NCBI GenBank assembly: GCA_050013255.1
Contig: JBEKFP010000001.1
Location: forward strand, 416,001-480,000
Reading direction: 5' to 3'
DNA from: Candidatus Bathyarchaeia archaeon
GTDB lineage: Archaea; Thermoproteota; Bathyarchaeia; 40CM-2-53-6
DNA length: 64,000 bases
Shown: piece by piece, positions 59,385-64,000 of the stretch
Layout: each line of letters begins with the position of its first letter
Position numbering within the stretch: position 1 is the first letter of the stretch
Translations under genes and position numbers: made by a program
The notes under the pieces: generated by a model
What the model was told of the DNA's origin: nothing
What the model saw: the letters and a program-made list of their open reading frames with translations, nothing else
Databases searched by the model: none

Positions 59385-60726
59385 CCCTCACAACTTGCCT
59401 CATGAGATTCAGAGCCGTCTCCCTCTCGTCCCATGAGACGAAAACAAGAATGCTCGAGGCCAACGTCAGCATTCCGAAAATGTTGATTCCCTTTTCGCGC
59501 AGGCGCTGCGATATTCTACCTATGATCCCGGGAGTGTCCTCCAGGCCAACCCCTTTGACTTTCAGGAAAGCCAAGTTTGCTTGGACTGCCATCGCGAGGG
59601 TTTCGCTGCAACTAGTGACCAAGTCATGGACGCTTGTGAGTGGAAAAGTCTCAGGAGTCTGGGGGACATAGAATATGACGGAGTCGAAGTTGGCTGAGAG
59701 ACCATCGAGCGCCGAATGTTGTCTTATCTCACGCACTACGTTAGCTAGTATCTCCGGGTTTTCGGAAATGGCTTTGCCGGTTATTGTGATCGCCATCGCG
59801 GGGGTCCTGCTGGCAAAAGTAACCTCGATTTCGCCTGATATTCCGCCTGTGATGATTGTTCCGTCAGCTTCTAGGTCGTCTTTATTGTGATTAATCACTT
59901 TGACTGGTATATCGGGATCTTTGTATTTCAGAGCCTTCCTGTGGATGAATTTGGTTCCTGAACCTGCTAACCCCACGAGGGTTCCAACTTCTATCTGCGC
60001 GAGTTTACGTGCGTTTGGAATGATTTTGGGGTCAGCTGTGAGGATTCCATCAGCGTCAGTTACCAAGACGACCTCGTCAGCTCCGATAGCTTTTGCTATG
60101 ATGAAAGCGGTTGTGTCGCTTCCGCCTCGCCCTATGGTGCTTATCTTGCCCCCAGTTGAGCGGCCTACGAATCCAGCGATTACTGGCACCGTCCCCCAGT
60201 CGAGTAGTGGGACGACGTGCTCACGGACTTTCTGCAAGCACAACTCAAGTATTGGGTTCGCGTTGGAGAAGTCATCATCAGTAATGATCGGCCAATCGGC
60301 GTCGGTCGGATCGAAGTATCTCGCTTCGAGACCTTCGGCTTTAAGCGCGGTGGCAAAGATACGTACGCTGGTTCTTTCGCCCATCGCTAGAACGTCATCT
60401 AGATCCGTCTTATCCGGCGCCTTAGTAGAGTCATGATTGACAAGGCCGATAAGCTGGTCAGTCATCTTCCCCATGGCTGAAACTACTACAACGAGTCGAG
60501 TGCCCTTCGCCGTCTCTCTGGATACTAGCCGGGCAGCTTTCGCAATGCGGTCTTTGTCCGCTAGGCTTGAACCGCCGAACTTGACAACAATTCTGCGTGT
60601 CTTTTGTTTAGATGAAGTACCGGGACTTGCTGTGATTACCGTTTGAAGTGTTCTCGGCGCAGAAATCTTACTTGACAGAGTTTGGGGCGTGGTAGAGCCA
60701 GTAGCCCTCACCGTAAATGTAATCAC
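59374..60726 (-). CDS. lysC: Aspartate kinase
   Basis: VVKFGGSS, GRGGSDTTA, TDADGILTADP, ACT domain; start uncertain. Confidence 0.92.
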   Translation of the reverse strand: MITFTVRATGSTTPQTLSSKISAPRTLQTVITASPGTSSKQKTRRIVVKFGGSSLADKDRIAKAARLVSRETAKGTRLVVVVSAMGKMTDQLIGLVNHDSTKAPDKTDLDDVLAMGERTSVRIFATALKAEGLEARYFDPTDADWPIITDDDFSNANPILELCLQKVREHVVPLLDWGTVPVIAGFVGRSTGGKISTIGRGGSDTTAFIIAKAIGADEVVLVTDADGILTADPKIIPNARKLAQIEVGTLVGLAGSGTKFIHRKALKYKDPDIPVKVINHNKDDLEADGTIITGGISGEIEVTFASRTPAMAITITGKAISENPEILANVVREIRQHSALDGLSANFDSVIFYVPQTPETFPLTSVHDLVTSCSETLAMAVQANLAFLKVKGVGLEDTPGIIGRISQRLREKGINIFGMLTLASSILVFVSWDERETALNLMRQVVRGEL

Positions 60727-60844
60727 CGTGCATTGTACCAGCCATTTGTTTCATACTACGCCCCTCGGTAGCTGAACGCACCACTTGAATGTGACTTAAA
60801 AGAATTCCTCAGCCAATCAACATAATCTTGCGTCGAAAGACAAT

Positions 60845-61537
60845 TCACATTCCTATGTACAGGCGCTCAGCCAAGAATTTCGGTAGTCCGGCTTGAACAA
60901 TTTTGTCTGCGACGGGGTCAACGTCATATTCGACTCGTATGACATCGAAGGATGCTTGCCCTTCGGAGATCGTAAGGGTTGCGAAGCTTGCTCGAGGGTC
61001 GCTATCTCGCGGCTGGCCCACACTGCCTGGATTACCTACTATGCTTCCTCCAAACGAATACGCCATAGGCACGTGCGTATGCCCGAGCAGCACTATCTCT
61101 GCCCCACTTCGTGCGACCAATTTCCGTGCGGCCGAATCAGTTAAGCTTGGCAAAACGTATTCTGTCAGCGGATTACTTGGGCTGCCGTGAAAGAGGCCTA
61201 AGAGTTTACCACCCTTTTCCAAACTTGCTGAGGGCTGTAAGGTGGCCAGGTATTCATGGTACTGATGTGCGATTTTCTTCCTAGTCCATTCTACAGCTTC
61301 AGCTGCATGGAATGAGAACCCTCCAGTGTCGCCCGTTACAACCGCGTAATCATGGTTTCCCATTAGCACTGCGCTTGGCCTAAGCTGTCTAAGTCTTTCC
61401 ACTACTTCGTTTGGTTGGGGCCCGTAACCCACCAAGTCTCCCAAGCAGAATAGTTCATCATAGTTAGGTAACTTGGCGATGACTGCTTCAAAGGCGTCGA
61501 GGTTCGAGTGAATGTCAGAAATGACAACGATTTTCAA
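60845..61537 (-). CDS. Metallophosphoesterase (YfcE-like)
   Basis: SDIHSN, GDLVGYG, GNHD, GHTH, NPGSVGQPRD. Confidence 0.92.
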   Translation of the reverse strand: MKIVVISDIHSNLDAFEAVIAKLPNYDELFCLGDLVGYGPQPNEVVERLRQLRPSAVLMGNHDYAVVTGDTGGFSFHAAEAVEWTRKKIAHQYHEYLATLQPSASLEKGGKLLGLFHGSPSNPLTEYVLPSLTDSAARKLVARSGAEIVLLGHTHVPMAYSFGGSIVGNPGSVGQPRDSDPRASFATLTISEGQASFDVIRVEYDVDPVADKIVQAGLPKFLAERLYIGM

Positions 61538-61593
61538 CGGAAGCGCCGTGGAATGAGCGACCTCGCCTGAGAAATGGTTAGCGGTTTGTTCTG

Positions 61594-62196
61594 TTAAAGT
61601 TCCAAGTCAATCTGCTCGACGTAGGAGAGATCCTCGCCACAGTATGGACAGAGTTTGAACGTTCTATCAACTTTCTTCCCGCATTCAGGACATTCGACCT
61701 TGAATGGGTACCTGCAGAAGGGACAGAGTGCAAAGTCAGCTGCAACTCTGCGCCCGCATTTCTTACACAGTTGTTCACCGCTACTATCTGCAACATGTGT
61801 TGGGTGCTCCGGACCTTGAATGATGACTGGTAAGGGCTGTCCGGAACCGGAACTCGAGTCTCGAACGATATTTTCACGAAGAATACGGTGAAGTTGGAAT
61901 GCGTCAGGTTTTGCCAGGTTACCAACCTTGATGCTTTGTACTCCTGACCGCATTAGAATTTCGATGCTGGCCCTGCGGACTCCTCGGTCAAGTTTGATGT
62001 TGACCATGTTAGAATAAGGATAATCAACGAAGCTTTTCTTCAGCCCCAATCCGCCTGTTTTGCGAATTATGATACGCTGGTCGCTGACGACCACCGTCTC
62101 GCTGCCGCGTAGGACCCAGATGACTTTCTCATCATAGTTGATGAGGTGTTTCATGTCCTCCGGTACTGGTAGCGTTCCCAAATGATGGAGCCTCAT
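61594..62196 (-). CDS. Bacterial-type PH domain + double zinc ribbon protein
   Basis: VSDQRIII...DYPYSNM PH-like region; four C-terminal CxxC; start at ATG 62196. Confidence 0.75.
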   Translation of the reverse strand: MRLHHLGTLPVPEDMKHLINYDEKVIWVLRGSETVVVSDQRIIIRKTGGLGLKKSFVDYPYSNMVNIKLDRGVRRASIEILMRSGVQSIKVGNLAKPDAFQLHRILRENIVRDSSSGSGQPLPVIIQGPEHPTHVADSSGEQLCKKCGRRVAADFALCPFCRYPFKVECPECGKKVDRTFKLCPYCGEDLSYVEQIDLEL

Positions 62197-62362
62197 GTAA
62201 CAGCGAACCGTTGAGCGCCTTTTGATGATAAGATGTATTGCACTACAGTACAAAAAAACCTGGTAAATATAGGAAAGAAAACGACCCAGACAATGCAATT
62301 TCACACGCCATCACCAAGTTGAGTTAAGTATGTTCAACTTGCCTAGTTGGTGGTAGATTGCT

Positions 62363-62749
62363 ATGGAAATGAATGAGGCGACAATGGAGGTAAACTCCAG
62401 AACTTTCAGAGTGAACTATTCGGGGCTTGAGAACGCTGTTATAGCCTTCTTCTTTGAAGATCGGATGCGCTTAGGAACACTCGCCATCGCTATGCCTGGG
62501 ATGGATGAGGTCGCTGTTGGCCGCTCTTCTGTCCTTGTCGGTGGAAAATATCTCATGACGAGTCGAGCCTTGGCGGAGAGGCTCGCCGGAAAGAGTGGAA
62601 GGATCGCGCTCGTATCACTATTCACGGAGCTTGATGAGGCGGAAGCGTTTCGGATATACGCAAAACTTCTTGAAAAGGTACAATTGGGAACTCAAAGCGC
62701 AGAGAAGTCTTTGCGGCCTAACAGATCAATACGACAAAACATTGGATAG
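62363..62749 (+). CDS. Proteasome assembly chaperone 4 (PSMG4)-like protein
   Basis: LGTLAIAMP...SSVLVG...SRALAERLAGKSGRIALVS pattern; GGTGG SD-like sequence upstream. Confidence 0.6.
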   Translation: MEMNEATMEVNSRTFRVNYSGLENAVIAFFFEDRMRLGTLAIAMPGMDEVAVGRSSVLVGGKYLMTSRALAERLAGKSGRIALVSLFTELDEAEAFRIYAKLLEKVQLGTQSAEKSLRPNRSIRQNIG

Positions 62750-64000
62750 TGGCGATTCTCCCAGAACCTTAATCGCGGCCTCAGTTACTCGTTCCCTGTA
62801 TTCTTCTTTAGTGTATACGCGAATTATGTTCATGAACACTCGAAGGTCATCCACGACCTTCGAGAGCTCGGTTATCTTCTGTGGTACCTTTTCACCCAAA
62901 CGGTTCCTTGAGAAAATTGGTATGTCGATTGGGCCGATGTCCATAGCGTAATGATATGGTACGGACGGAAGGGAGGGAACGTCAATTCCGACATCTGACA
63001 AGGGGACCTTTGCTTTGGCGGCGATATCCTCCTCGAGTTTCAGCCGCACGTTTTCGTTGGTGAATACGCTTGAGACGAGTTCATCCTTAGCAAAGAAGGT
63101 TCTCTCGTAAGCGCATTTCAGAAGTCTCCTTTCGGATAGCTCCCGTATGATTTGTCGGGATCTTGGATTCAATAACAGTTTCGACCAAACTGTGTAATCA
63201 TCCCATTCCATGTACTCGTCTGGAGTTTTCACCTTGAGAATTTCAAGATCTTCTTTAGCCGCGTCCAAGGCTTTGAGCATCATCATTTGAACTGCTCTGC
63301 AGGCACGGTGGAAGTAGATAGCCCTGAATGACTCGAGCCGAGCCAAGATGAGGCTCTCAAGGGTAGGGAGTGCGGTTATGTCAACTGCTAAGTTGCCGTC
63401 CAAGATGTCCATCGTGTATATCAGCCGAAAAACATCGACCGATCCATAACCTGCCCCAGTATGGTAGGAGTCTCTAACGACAAAATCCATCTTGTCGACG
63501 TCGAATGAACTGCTGATTATTTGGCCAAGGAATCGCTTCCCGGGCTTGGAATGTTTGCCGACAGCAAGGTTGCTTAATTCCTTAGCATCAAATCCTTGTT
63601 CCTCGATCACTTCACTCAAGCTTGAGTTGGCGATGATCCAAGTCGACATGTCCTCGTGGTTCCGCCCAAGATATTTGAGGAGGAAGGGTTCGAAGAGGTG
63701 TGAAAAGGGAGCGTGCCCAACGTCGTGCAATAAAGCAGCCAGACGCACTTTCTGTTTTTCGTCGGCTGAAAGCTCCGTCGGAATATTCTCAGCGACTACA
63801 CCTGCAAGGTACATAGCCCCTAGAACGTGTTCGAACCGAGTGTGGTTTGCAGCTGGGTAGACATACTCTGCCCCCGCGAGTTGCCTAATCCTTCGTAGCC
63901 TCTGAACAGCGAGGGTATCGATGACGTTACGTTCAATCTCGGTTAAGCGAATGTAACCGTAAACGGGATCCTTGATGAAACCCCAATATTTCTCTTGGTT
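62726..64000 (-). CDS. HD-domain phosphohydrolase (SAMHD1/dNTPase-like); 5'-partial
   Basis: Frame open to the window edge: KDPVYG, QRLRRIRQL, HTRFEHVLG, LLHDVGHAPFSH, DVDKMDF.RD. Confidence 0.92.
   Translation of the reverse strand, partial: NQEKYWGFIKDPVYGYIRLTEIERNVIDTLAVQRLRRIRQLAGAEYVYPAANHTRFEHVLGAMYLAGVVAENIPTELSADEKQKVRLAALLHDVGHAPFSHLFEPFLLKYLGRNHEDMSTWIIANSSLSEVIEEQGFDAKELSNLAVGKHSKPGKRFLGQIISSSFDVDKMDFVVRDSYHTGAGYGSVDVFRLIYTMDILDGNLAVDITALPTLESLILARLESFRAIYFHRACRAVQMMMLKALDAAKEDLEILKVKTPDEYMEWDDYTVWSKLLLNPRSRQIIRELSERRLLKCAYERTFFAKDELVSSVFTNENVRLKLEEDIAAKAKVPLSDVGIDVPSLPSVPYHYAMDIGPIDIPIFSRNRLGEKVPQKITELSKVVDDLRVFMNIIRVYTKEEYRERVTEAAIKVLGESPLSNVLSY

Noticed and set aside
1-64000. 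tRNA, rRNA, CRISPR array, transposase or integrase
   Set aside because: None recognised by eye in intergenic gaps or ORF translations; a covariance-model scan could still find small RNAs
62726-64000. HD dNTPase as antiviral defence gene
   Set aside because: Widespread housekeeping-type HD family; no defence context visible

Overview
Archaeal chromosomal segment, probably from a TACK lineage such as Bathyarchaeia (inference from gene content, gene order and heavy TTG start usage). About 1-10 kb is an accessory stress/signalling region. It holds a degenerate-KaiC/STAND-NTPase/TPR fusion, a wHTH protein with a truncated nucleotidyltransferase, PEP mutase, GyrI, CsbD, PfpI, and an inactive KaiC-like gene coupled to a tandem V4R-like sensor. 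About 10-48 kb is mostly core information-processing genes: NSUN6-like, Nob1, aIF5A-DHS, SRP54, L21e-Rpo4-DUF655-(dinB)-KsgA-TrmJ, L10e, Dph2, Csl4-Rpo11-TFS-PCNA-PriL...PriS-GINS-L44e-S27e-aIF2a-Nop10, AglB, GcvT/H, CarS, RadB and Clp1. About 49-61 kb is a complete alternative (ADH/DHQ-synthase II) shikimate operon headed by aspartokinase and asd, convergent with a chorismate mutase-aminotransferase fusion and TyrA. The most interesting signals are two small eukaryote-like proteins: an OSTC/DC2-like oligosaccharyltransferase subunit about 3 kb from a eukaryote-like STT3/AglB, and a PAC4/PSMG4-like proteasome chaperone. Also notable are the KaiC-based signalling modules and apparent CTG start codons in aIF5A and Nob1. 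No rRNA, tRNA, CRISPR array or transposase was recognised. All assignments are by eye from motifs recalled from memory; no database searches were run.
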